From Micavibrio sp. UBA6147 (lineage in GTDB: Bacteria > Pseudomonadota > Alphaproteobacteria > Micavibrionales > UBA1664), in assembly GCA_002423185.1 (NCBI GenBank), contig DIUX01000002.1, positions 900,229 through 964,228 of the forward strand: 64,000 bases of DNA, written 5' to 3'. Position 1 is the first letter of the stretch; the number at the start of each line of letters is the position of its first letter. Both the position numbers and the translations under genes were made by a program. Shown here piece by piece: positions 1 through 8,685 of this stretch. The notes under the pieces are model-generated. The model did not search any database. It saw only the letters and a list, made by a program, of their open reading frames with translations, and was not told the origin of the DNA.

Positions 1-2
1 TC

Positions 3-647
3 ATGGCAACCATCATCGAACCCACCATCCGCGCCATGGCGCGCGAGGGGTGCCCGTTCCAAGGCGTATTATTTGCGGGGTTGATGATGATCCGCCGCAA
101 GGACGGCACGCTGGAGCCCAAACTCCTTGAATACAACGTCCGTTTTGGCGATCCGGAGTGTCAGGCTCTGATGATGCGGATGGACAGCGATATTTTGCCC
201 CTGCTCAAAAACTGTGCCGACGGCACGCTGAGCGGCGTCAAGCAAGCGATGAAATGGAAGGACGAGGCCGCACTCTGTGTGGTCATGGCCTCCCCTGGCT
301 ATCCCGCCGCCTATCAAAAAGGACTCACTATCCGTATTCCGGATGATGCCGCGATGACCATTCCGCCTTATGTTGCGAAGGGCGAGGCCGCCCAAGCCAC
401 CGTGACCCCCGACCAAGCTGCGCAAATTTTCCATGCCGGCACGGTTGCCAAAGGTGATGCCGAAGGGGCGGCGGAATGGCTCAATCAAGGCGGGCGAGTT
501 CTTGGCTGCACTGCCTTGGGCGGGAGCTTTTCAGAGGCTCAAAGCCGCGCCTATGCCCTTGTCGCCAAAGTTGACTGGCCGCAAGGATTCTATCGCAAGG
601 ATATCGGCTGGCGCGCTGTACAATCCGACCACAATAAAGTATCATAA
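3..647 (+). CDS. purD: phosphoribosylamine--glycine ligase, C-terminal part (5' end outside window)
   Basis: The ORF is open to the window start. It has the ATP-grasp motif EYNVRFGDPECQ and the C-terminal GGRVLGCTALG...DWPQGFYRKDIGWRA typical of PurD. Confidence 0.9.
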   Translation: MATIIEPTIRAMAREGCPFQGVLFAGLMMIRRKDGTLEPKLLEYNVRFGDPECQALMMRMDSDILPLLKNCADGTLSGVKQAMKWKDEAALCVVMASPGYPAAYQKGLTIRIPDDAAMTIPPYVAKGEAAQATVTPDQAAQIFHAGTVAKGDAEGAAEWLNQGGRVLGCTALGGSFSEAQSRAYALVAKVDWPQGFYRKDIGWRAVQSDHNKVS

Positions 648-763
648 TACTTAATTATGACGAATAGTTCATTTTATCCACATTTTATTAACACTTTTCA
701 TGTTTAAATGAGGGGTAAAAACACGAAGTGGGGAACAAGAGTATCTACTCTTAAAATAATAAA

Positions 764-2014
764 ATGGCGGAAAAATCACTATTCGTAAAACGCGCTTTCT
801 ACGAGAGCGGATCGGCGATATTCTCATGCGGGGATAAGCGCGATCATGCCTACATCATAGAGAGCGGCGAAGTTGAATTCACCGAACCGGATTCAACCAC
901 AAACGAACCCGTTACGACCCATCTTACGGATGGTGAGTTGTTCGGGGAGTCCGCCATTCTTGAAAATGGCAAACGCAATGGCACCGCCATCGCGGTCAAA
1001 GACACCAGCGTTTTCATCCTATCACGCGAAATTTTGAAGGAGCGGATGAGCAACCTCGACCCGCTCGTGTCGCTGGTGGTCAGTATGCTGATCGAAAAAT
1101 ACCGCGAAAACCGTATTAAATCCGCGAATGGCATCGCCAAAAAAGGCAAAACCAAATTGTCGTCCTCGCACACCATGTTGATTGCGGGATACGAAGAACA
1201 AAAGCAAACGGCGTTGAAGGAGCTCCAGATCGAGCAAGAACTCCGTCGCGGCCTTGAAAACCGCGAGTTCAAGCCCTATCTGCAACCGATTGTCGAGTTT
1301 AAAACAGGCCGCATTGTCGGGTTTGAAACCCTCATCCGCTGGCATCATCCGGAAAAGGGGATCATCTTTCCCAACGACTTTATTCCGGTGGCCGAGCGCA
1401 CAAACGTCATCCAGCTTATTGACCAACGGATGCTTGAGGCGGCGTGCGAGATCATTCCCGCTATGTATAAAATGCTCGGGCAACGCGCCTCCGACATGTT
1501 CATCAGCGTGAATTTGTCTGGTGCAAATTTTGACAATAATGACGTGGTGAAAATGGTACGAACCGCCGTGCGCGGCGCGCCGTTCGACCCGATCCAGATC
1601 AAGCTCGAAATCACCGAGAGCGCCTTGGTTGGCGATTCTAACCGCGCCGCAGATATTCTGAGCAGCCTCAAAGACCTTGGTGTCAGCATCGCCTTGGACG
1701 ATTTTGGTACGGGGTATTCCTCGCTCGGCTATTTGCATAAATTCTCGATTGACGGACTCAAAATCGACCGTTCCTTCGTCCAACAAATCCACGATTCCCA
1801 AAAAAGCCTCGATATCATCAAGGCGGTGGTTGGCTTGGCGCACGCGTTTAAGCTCGGCATCATCGCCGAAGGCATCGAAGAACAACGCGACATCGACATT
1901 TTGCGCGGCATTGGTTGCCAATACGGCCAAGGCTATCACTTCGGCAAGCCAATCGAAGCCACCCAAGCCCTCCGCAACCTCAAAGCCAGCGGCGGCATGA
2001 TCACGATGAACTGA
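764..2014 (+). CDS. cyclic-nucleotide-binding domain + EAL domain protein (probable c-di-GMP phosphodiesterase)
   Basis: ATG at 764. The N-terminal CAP-effector signature is FGESAILENGKRNGTAIA. The C-terminal EAL domain has intact ETLIRW, NLS, EITES, DDFGTGYSSL, KIDRSF, AEGIE and QGYHF motifs. Confidence 0.85.
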   Translation: MAEKSLFVKRAFYESGSAIFSCGDKRDHAYIIESGEVEFTEPDSTTNEPVTTHLTDGELFGESAILENGKRNGTAIAVKDTSVFILSREILKERMSNLDPLVSLVVSMLIEKYRENRIKSANGIAKKGKTKLSSSHTMLIAGYEEQKQTALKELQIEQELRRGLENREFKPYLQPIVEFKTGRIVGFETLIRWHHPEKGIIFPNDFIPVAERTNVIQLIDQRMLEAACEIIPAMYKMLGQRASDMFISVNLSGANFDNNDVVKMVRTAVRGAPFDPIQIKLEITESALVGDSNRAADILSSLKDLGVSIALDDFGTGYSSLGYLHKFSIDGLKIDRSFVQQIHDSQKSLDIIKAVVGLAHAFKLGIIAEGIEEQRDIDILRGIGCQYGQGYHFGKPIEATQALRNLKASGGMITMN

Positions 2015-2062
2015 ACATCTGCGGTTCAGGCTTGAACCTATAGGATTGTGTTTTTGGCTACC

Positions 2063-2554
2063 TTACCGCGCCCGCAAATCAGCAAAAAACATTTTGAGCA
2101 AACTGACGCTTTCGCTCTCCATAATACCGCCATAGACTTCGGGGCGGTGGTGGCATGTGCGGTGTTGGTATATGCGCGGGCCGTGGTCGACGCCGCCGCT
2201 TTTGGGGTCATAGGCGCCGAAATACAGGCGGCGGATGCGGGCGTGTGATATGGCGGCGGCGCACATCGGGCAAGGCTCGAGCGTCACGTATAAATCATAA
2301 TCGGTGAGGCGTTGGCGGCCCGTGTCTTTGCAAACTTTGCGAATGACCAGCATTTCCGCATGGTTTGTGGGGTCATTGTCTTTTTCGCACAGATTCCCTG
2401 CGCTTGCGGCGATGCTGCCGCTTGGCACATGCACCAAAACTGCGCCGACGGGGATCTCTCCGGCCTGTCCCGCTGTTTCTGCCTCTTTCAAAGCGGTGCG
2501 CATTGGGGTAATGTCTGTTTTCATACTCATGAGCAAGGATATAGCGCGCCCCAT
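2063..2554 (-). CDS. tadA: tRNA-specific adenosine deaminase
   Basis: Cytidine/deoxycytidylate deaminase zinc motifs HAEMLVI and PCPMCAAAI are present. Alternative in-frame ATG starts lie at 2530 and 2524. Confidence 0.85.
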   Translation of the reverse strand: MGRAISLLMSMKTDITPMRTALKEAETAGQAGEIPVGAVLVHVPSGSIAASAGNLCEKDNDPTNHAEMLVIRKVCKDTGRQRLTDYDLYVTLEPCPMCAAAISHARIRRLYFGAYDPKSGGVDHGPRIYQHRTCHHRPEVYGGIMESESVSLLKMFFADLRAR

Positions 2555-4433
2555 GGACGAAAGTAAAGCACAAGATCAGGTTCCGGCCTCCGACGACACA
2601 CTTGAAAACGAGGTCACGGACATTATTGACCAATCCGCCGATCAACTCGCCGATCAATCTGGTGAGGGTGCGGCAAAGCCGGCTGCGGCGGAGCCTGAAC
2701 GCATCGCCAAATATTTGTCGCGGTCGGGCATATGCTCTCGCCGTGATGCGGAGCGCTGGATTGCCGAACGCCGCGTGAAGGTCAATGGCGTCATCATTGA
2801 CACGCCGGTCATCTTGGTCACGGAAGCCGACCGCATCGTGGTGGACGGTAACGCAGTCGAAGGGCCTGACGAGCCGCGCCTGTTCCGCTATCACAAGCCT
2901 TCCGGCCTTGTCACCACCAACCGCGACGAATTGGGGCGCGAAACCATATTCGACCAATTGCCGCAAAACATGCCGCGCGTGATGACGGTGGGGCGGCTTG
3001 ATATCAATACCGAGGGGTTGCTCCTCCTCACCAATGACGGTGAAGTGGCGCGGCAACTGGAATTGCCGGACACAGGCTGGACGCGCCGCTATAAAGTCCG
3101 CGCCTTCGGCATGTTGACGGATGAACATGTCAATGCCCTGCGCAAAGGCCCGACCATTGACGGCATTCGCTATGCCCCCGCCAAGGTTGATATTGAGCGC
3201 CAGCAAGGCTCGAATTGCTGGCTCACCCTGACGTTGAAGGAGGGCAAGAACCGCGAGGTCAAGCGCCTTCTCGAATATTGCGGGCTCAAGGTTAACCGCT
3301 TGATCCGCCTGTCCTATGGGCCGTTCCAGCTCGGCAATCTCGAGGTCGGCGCGGTGGAGGAAGTGAAACGCCACATCCTTAAGGAACAAATTCCGGGCTT
3401 CACAGACCGTTTGAAAGGCACCAAAGCATCAGACAGAAAGGCCGCCGCCGACACCCGTGCGCGGCTGGAGGACGCCAAATCAAGCCAAAAAACAACCAAA
3501 CCTGCGACCACCCGTAAAATCAAGGCCAACCGCCCTGTATCCGAGGATGACCGGGCCCCATGGCAAGGCGGCCACAGCGCCCCGCGCGACCGATCGGCTT
3601 CTCGTTCTTCATCCTCTCGTTCTTCATCCTCTGGGGCATCATCTTCTCGCGCAGCATCGACCCGCTCCACATCGAACAATGCGAACCGCCCTGATCCCAG
3701 AGGCGAGGGGCGCGCTGAAGGGCGCGATAATCGCCGTGATAACCGCGGCTATGGCTATGGCGAGGGCAACGACCGCTCAAATAGCGATGCCCCACGCGAC
3801 CATTCCCGTTCAAACCCACGTTCTGAAAACCGTTCCTACGACCGCTCAGATGATCGACCGGACACTCGTTCGGAGGCCCGCCCATATGGTCGCCCAAATA
3901 ATCGTTCAGATAATAACCGTTCGGATCAACGCCCCGCGCGCCCCTACAAAGACCGTGCCGAGGGCAACGAAGGCCGCGCCTCGTCTTATCGCGATCGCGA
4001 CACCTATGCTTCCCGCGACCGTGGCACAGAGTCTGCGCGCCCCGCGCAGGGCAAAAAACTTGTCTCCCCCTACGCTACCCTTAAAAACAAAGGCCAATCG
4101 GAACGCAGCGATTATAACGACCGTCCAGCCCGCTCTGACCGCCCCAGTCGTTCCGATCGTCCGGAGCAAACGCGCGACAATGATCGCCCATACCGCTCTC
4201 GTTCGGACAATGCAGACCGCTCACAAGATCGCCCAAGGCAAGACCGAAATCAAGACAAAGGGCAAGACCGCCCTTACAGCAGCAGGCCATCCGACCGTCC
4301 GGCATCCAGAAACTGGTCAAAAGACGGTGCGAATAAAGACGGCGCAAGATCATCCCCGCGCCCATCAACGCCGCGCTCTCCGTCACGCCCAGATGGTGGC
4401 GGCCGTCCTCCGCGCGGGCGGCGTGATTCATAA
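2529..4433 (+). CDS. rluB: 23S rRNA pseudouridine synthase (RsuA/RluB family) with ~340-aa low-complexity basic/acidic C-terminal tail
   Basis: S4 domain (RIAKYLSRSGICSRRDAERWI) plus the catalytic motif GRLDINTEGLLLLTNDGE. The start is uncertain, with ATGs at 2511, 2529 and 2553. The track ORF start at 2304 overlaps tadA and is unlikely. Confidence 0.8.
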   Translation: MSKDIARPMDESKAQDQVPASDDTLENEVTDIIDQSADQLADQSGEGAAKPAAAEPERIAKYLSRSGICSRRDAERWIAERRVKVNGVIIDTPVILVTEADRIVVDGNAVEGPDEPRLFRYHKPSGLVTTNRDELGRETIFDQLPQNMPRVMTVGRLDINTEGLLLLTNDGEVARQLELPDTGWTRRYKVRAFGMLTDEHVNALRKGPTIDGIRYAPAKVDIERQQGSNCWLTLTLKEGKNREVKRLLEYCGLKVNRLIRLSYGPFQLGNLEVGAVEEVKRHILKEQIPGFTDRLKGTKASDRKAAADTRARLEDAKSSQKTTKPATTRKIKANRPVSEDDRAPWQGGHSAPRDRSASRSSSSRSSSSGASSSRAASTRSTSNNANRPDPRGEGRAEGRDNRRDNRGYGYGEGNDRSNSDAPRDHSRSNPRSENRSYDRSDDRPDTRSEARPYGRPNNRSDNNRSDQRPARPYKDRAEGNEGRASSYRDRDTYASRDRGTESARPAQGKKLVSPYATLKNKGQSERSDYNDRPARSDRPSRSDRPEQTRDNDRPYRSRSDNADRSQDRPRQDRNQDKGQDRPYSSRPSDRPASRNWSKDGANKDGARSSPRPSTPRSPSRPDGGGRPPRGRRDS

Positions 4434-4493
4434 GGCCGCGCCCGTCATGGATCAACCCGCATTCACAGGCCTCACAACTAAGGCTCGACGGCT

Positions 4494-5063
4494 ATGAGTA
4501 TTCGCATCACAGGCGGCATCCTGCGCAACCGTAAACTCGCCGTTCCCGAGAGTGCGGCAGTGCGCCCGACGACGGAAAAAATGCGCCAAGCAGTCTTTAA
4601 CCTTCTCGCCCATGCGTCATGGGGAATAGATATTGAGGGCGCGCACGTTCTGGACGGTTTTTGTGGCAGTGGCATTATGGGGCTTGAATGCCTGTCACGC
4701 GGGGCGGCGCATGTTACTTTTGCGGATTTTGACGCGAAAGTTCTGGCGTTTTTGAAGGCTCAGATCGCACCGCTTGGCTTGCCCGCGTCCTGCGCTGAAA
4801 CACTGCGCACCGACCTCACACAGGCCGTTTTGCGCCCCCAAACGCCTTATGATCTTGTGTTCCTCGACCCGCCATACCGCAAGGATATGGTCGCGCCTGT
4901 TTTGACGAGATTATCGGGTGAGGCGCTGCGGGACGGCGCACTGGTATTATTCGAAATTGAAAAGCGGGCAATGCCGGAATTCGACAGGACGTATTACACA
5001 TTGGAAGACGACCGTATTTACGGGGAATCCCGCCTGATTGCCCTGCGCTCCCGCGCCGTTTAA
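4494..5063 (+). CDS. rsmD: 16S rRNA (guanine966-N2)-methyltransferase
   Basis: SAM-binding motif LDGFCGSGIMGLE and the VFLDPPY motif. The 189-aa size fits RsmD. Confidence 0.85.
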   Translation: MSIRITGGILRNRKLAVPESAAVRPTTEKMRQAVFNLLAHASWGIDIEGAHVLDGFCGSGIMGLECLSRGAAHVTFADFDAKVLAFLKAQIAPLGLPASCAETLRTDLTQAVLRPQTPYDLVFLDPPYRKDMVAPVLTRLSGEALRDGALVLFEIEKRAMPEFDRTYYTLEDDRIYGESRLIALRSRAV

Positions 5064-5081
5064 CTGCCGCTCAGGGTAAAA

Positions 5082-5906
5082 TCAGGCCAGAAATCCGCCA
5101 TAATACAGGCCGAGCAACACCGCGCCCAAAATCACCCTATACACCGCAAACGGCGTAAAACTAGCCTTGAGGAGCCAATTCATCATCAAGGCAATGGTGA
5201 TAAAGGCGGAAACGGCGGCGAGCGCCGCCCCGATGAACAAATCGCGGGTAAAGGCGGCGCTGCCGATACTGATGACATCCAAGCCTGCCAGCGTTCCCGC
5301 CCCCGCAATCGCGATGATGCTGAGCAATAAGGAAAAACGCGCGGCTTCAGTCCGCGAAAACCCGAGCCACCGCGCCATGGTCATGGTAATACCCGACCGG
5401 CTCGTCCCTGGGATAAGCGCGATGATCTGTGACAAGCCGATCAAAACCGCGTCCTTCGTGCCCATCGTGTCAATGCTGCGCTCGTTCGGTCTATAATGAT
5501 CGGCAACCCACAAGGCCACCCCAAAAATAAGAGTTGTCCATCCAATCACCACCAAGGAATCAAAAATCGCCGCATCAAAAGAATGCAAAGCGAAGCCGGC
5601 GGCAATCACGGGGATACTGGCATACAGCGCAAACAGCGCAAGGCGGCGATTATCGGTCTGACGGAACCGCAAAATATCAATCCCGCCAAGAATAAGCCGC
5701 CATAAATCCGCCCGAAAATATAGGCAAACGGCAAACAACGTGCCGACATGAACGGCGATGTCGAGGATTTTTTCCTGCTGTTCGCTCATTTGTTCGGCAT
5801 GACCAAGGGCGGCATGCGCCAAAACCAGATGGCCGCTGGAACTGATCGGCAAAAACTCCGTAATGCCTTGAACAAGGGCGAGGATGATGAGGTGAAATAA
5901 CGGCAT
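5082..5906 (-). CDS. uppP: undecaprenyl-diphosphate phosphatase
   Basis: BacA/UppP motifs GITEFLPISSSGHL and PGTSRSG in a polytopic membrane protein. I chose the ATG at 5906 (MPLFHL...) over the 44-codon upstream extension in the track. Confidence 0.9.
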   Translation of the reverse strand: MPLFHLIILALVQGITEFLPISSSGHLVLAHAALGHAEQMSEQQEKILDIAVHVGTLFAVCLYFRADLWRLILGGIDILRFRQTDNRRLALFALYASIPVIAAGFALHSFDAAIFDSLVVIGWTTLIFGVALWVADHYRPNERSIDTMGTKDAVLIGLSQIIALIPGTSRSGITMTMARWLGFSRTEAARFSLLLSIIAIAGAGTLAGLDVISIGSAAFTRDLFIGAALAAVSAFITIALMMNWLLKASFTPFAVYRVILGAVLLGLYYGGFLA

Positions 5907-6056
5907 GGAAAGACTTTCAAAAGGCGTATAACCCAACAAGCCTATCCGTTTCCCATTCGCCTGCCAAGCCCCCATAAAAAACGCCGCCTTGGATGGAAGG
6001 CGGCGGATTATCAGGCGTATCAAAGGATTAGGACTCAATCCGAGAATTAAAAATCA

Positions 6057-7199
6057 TCAGATCGGGCTGCTGCTTGGCCCCGGCATCCGGCCTTTGCGGT
6101 CGCGGATAATCATGGTCAGGGCGCTCCCGATCTTGTCGAGAGGCTCAATCATGCCGTTGGCTTGTTGGATAATCCGTTGCACCTTGTCCATGGCTTGGTC
6201 AATCGGCGTTTCCGGCTCCAAAGTAATGTAATCGGGGTTGCCGTCAATATTGGCATAGGCCTTTGACAAATCGGTCACGATTTGCGTTCCCAAGAGGTCG
6301 AGCTTATCAAGATTGGCGTCATACACGGCGCGGCTGAGCGACGGTCTTTGGTGGATAATATCGCCCGAGCGCTTATATTTCGGCGGTTTGGACGGGTCGC
6401 GCATGGTGCGCAGCATGTCTTCGTAAATCAACAAAAACGCATCGATTTTGGCGCGGTTGGTGTTGATTTCGCTGTCCAAAGATGAGGCCAGAATAAATTT
6501 CTCGCGCTCGCGCAAATCCTGTTCTTTTTTGCGCGCCGTGGCGATTTGGTGTTTTTGAAGTTTAATCAGCTTATTAAGGCCGGCATATAAAACCCACCCG
6601 ACAAACAACATGCCGATAATCGGGCCCAAAACAACGCCGCCAATTAAGATGTAATCGGCCTTGATGCCAAAGCTGTTTGTCGCGGGCGCGGCATCGCCCT
6701 CTGACTGTTTCGGTGTTGCGGAGCTTTCAAAATTTTCCCACAAGCCGATGTGCATCAAGCGGGCGCGCTTTTCGGCGTTGGTATATGTTTTTTGGAACGG
6801 GCTGCCGACAATATCGGCGCGGTTGACAATGGCAAGGCCGCTCTCAATCAAGGAAAGCGACAAATCTATTTGATCAGCATTCATGCATTGGGCGATGGCA
6901 ACGCCACGGTCACGGCGCACAACGCTGCACATAATCGGGCGTTCATCGATGAGGTCATCAAGCTTGACGCGGGCTTTGAGGCCGGACAAAGTATTTTTGA
7001 TGGTGGTTGGGTCAATACCCCAAAGTTGCAAAAGGGCGTTTTGTGCCTGAAGCGTTGCACCGTCAACGGCGAAGGCTTGCACGTTGATTTTGTCTTGTGC
7101 GAATCCGGTTCGCGGCGTGACCGCCCCCGTGAAAAGAGCCAACACGCACAAAAAAACGCAGAAAACGGGTATGAAGCGGGTCAAAGAATGTCCTAGCAT
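6057..7199 (-). CDS. membrane protein with N-terminal signal sequence, SNase (thermonuclease)-like domain, one TM helix and a helical C-terminal domain
   Basis: Signal-like N-terminus ending GFA/QD. SNase-like pattern LQLWGIDPTT ... YTNAEKRARLMHIGLWENF. TM segment ILIGGVVLGPIIGMLFVGWVLYAGL. ATG at 7199. Confidence 0.6.
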   Translation of the reverse strand: MLGHSLTRFIPVFCVFLCVLALFTGAVTPRTGFAQDKINVQAFAVDGATLQAQNALLQLWGIDPTTIKNTLSGLKARVKLDDLIDERPIMCSVVRRDRGVAIAQCMNADQIDLSLSLIESGLAIVNRADIVGSPFQKTYTNAEKRARLMHIGLWENFESSATPKQSEGDAAPATNSFGIKADYILIGGVVLGPIIGMLFVGWVLYAGLNKLIKLQKHQIATARKKEQDLREREKFILASSLDSEINTNRAKIDAFLLIYEDMLRTMRDPSKPPKYKRSGDIIHQRPSLSRAVYDANLDKLDLLGTQIVTDLSKAYANIDGNPDYITLEPETPIDQAMDKVQRIIQQANGMIEPLDKIGSALTMIIRDRKGRMPGPSSSPI

Positions 7200-7311
7200 A
7201 GAAAAAATGCGACTTGGTCGTTGTTTTTATTTATAATAGAGAAAAGAGTTTGAAAAAAGTCTTAATCTACTTCATAAACATTTTTATTTTTAAGAAGACT
7301 GTCTGGATGCA

Positions 7312-7824
7312 ATGAAACTATCCCGCAAAGAACTCATGGAAAAACTCGGTGTCGGGCGGGATTTGAATCCCTACGAAACCAGCCCATGGTACTATCATGA
7401 CGAGGAAGAGGGTGTTGCATGTTCGGCGGAAGTGCGCCTTGACGGCGATGGCAACGAAGTCGAGGCAGAAATTCAGCTCATGTATGACGACCCGCCGAAA
7501 GGCAAACCGGAGGTCGAACAAGTCGTCTGGATTCGCGCACGCCAAAAAATGCTCGGTCAATATGACACGACTGATTTATACATCCGCCGCGAGGACAAAG
7601 CCGGATCAGTCTATAATTGGGAAGAAAAATGCTGTAATTTTTTCCGCGCCTGTGTGCGCGAGGTCAAGGCTGGCCGCATTCCCGATATTGATATGTTGTT
7701 GGGGCGTGAAATGCGCGATGGCGGAATCTGGGGTGACAAGGCGGGCGATGGCTCAAGCAAATCGCCAAAGATCAACACAACCCAGCTCATCCACGACATG
7801 AAAAACAAGGGTCAGGGCTTCTAA
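7312..7824 (+). CDS. hypothetical protein (170 aa), no recognisable domain
   Basis: ATG-initiated ORF after an AT-rich spacer. The composition looks natural, and the opposite-strand ORFs are short shadows. Confidence 0.55.
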   Translation: MKLSRKELMEKLGVGRDLNPYETSPWYYHDEEEGVACSAEVRLDGDGNEVEAEIQLMYDDPPKGKPEVEQVVWIRARQKMLGQYDTTDLYIRREDKAGSVYNWEEKCCNFFRACVREVKAGRIPDIDMLLGREMRDGGIWGDKAGDGSSKSPKINTTQLIHDMKNKGQGF

Positions 7825-7948
7825 GCTTGGCACGCGTTGCTCTTGCCCACGCTTATTATGTTATGCGCTTTGCCATACCCATACCGATATTCCCGCACTT
7901 TTGACTTCGTTGTCTGTCGTGCATCTTTCATTCTAGGCCGTATCCGTC

Positions 7949-8608
7949 ATGCCCCCACATCTTGACCCCATCACCACCTTGCCGCAACTATACAAGGCGA
8001 TCCAATCCCTCCGCCGCAAAGATGACGGCCATATTTACATCACCGATGCTGCGCCGCTCATCGCCGCGGTTGGTGTACACCATGATTTCGCGCTGGCATT
8101 GTGGCACAGCGGCGGAACATCGGGGGATGTTGCCCATCGTGAAATTGCGGTACGGATTGCTGACCCCGCCTTGGCGGATGAGGCCTTGCTGGAATCGTGG
8201 GTTGCGGAACTGGATGAATGGGGGCTGACCGATTCATTCACGGGCTATGTGGTCAAATATACGCGCTGGGCGGAGGATAAAGCCTTTGAATGGGCGGATC
8301 GCGCGGCGCTGTATCAACGCCGCGCCGGCTTTGCTACCATCGCTCAAATGGCATGGACGCGCCGCTATCCCGCCGCCGATGATATGTTTATTCGCTTTTT
8401 GCCGCTCATCCTGCGTCACGCGCCGGATTCACGCCTTCATGTGAAAAAGGCGGTGAATTGGGCACTCCGCGACATTGGCAAGCGCAATGCCTTGCTGTGT
8501 GCACACGCCATCGAAACGGCCAAGAAATTGCAATCATCGCCGGACAAAACCGCGCGATGGGTCGGCACGCATCGCTGCGGCGAATTTATAAAGGCTGAAA
8601 TTTTATAA
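7949..8608 (+). CDS. DNA alkylation repair (AlkC/AlkD-like HEAT-repeat) family protein
   Basis: Helical-repeat protein. The C-terminal KKAVNWALRDIGKRN resembles the signature of the DNA_alkylation family. Confidence 0.6.
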   Translation: MPPHLDPITTLPQLYKAIQSLRRKDDGHIYITDAAPLIAAVGVHHDFALALWHSGGTSGDVAHREIAVRIADPALADEALLESWVAELDEWGLTDSFTGYVVKYTRWAEDKAFEWADRAALYQRRAGFATIAQMAWTRRYPAADDMFIRFLPLILRHAPDSRLHVKKAVNWALRDIGKRNALLCAHAIETAKKLQSSPDKTARWVGTHRCGEFIKAEIL

Positions 8609-8685
8609 CGCGTCGTTCAAAGCGTCATTTCGGGTGAAGTTTAGGTGAAATTCTGAACGCAATTCAGGGCGACTTAAAACGCCTC

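Noticed and set aside
3457-4497. A 346-aa ORF lies in an alternative plus-strand frame across the rluB tail and into rsmD.
   Set aside because: It is an artefact of low-complexity repeat DNA that keeps several frames open. It has no start context and would overlap the well-supported rsmD start.
5907-6038. The ORF track shows N-terminal extensions for uppP (to 6038), fadE (to 33799), fadA (from 35788), gcvH (from 27811), gcvPB (from 29622), kefG-like (to 52859), the 232-aa protein (to 22637) and ubiA (from 14298).
   Set aside because: The extensions have odd composition, overlap neighbouring genes, or lack SD sequences. The internal ATGs match the conserved family N-termini and have better ribosome-binding context.
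7358-7371. GGGATTTGAATCCC looks like a tRNA T-arm.
   Set aside because: It lies inside a coding frame (LGVGRDLNPYE). The stem is only 3 bp around an 8-nt loop, and no acceptor, D or anticodon arms can be drawn around it.
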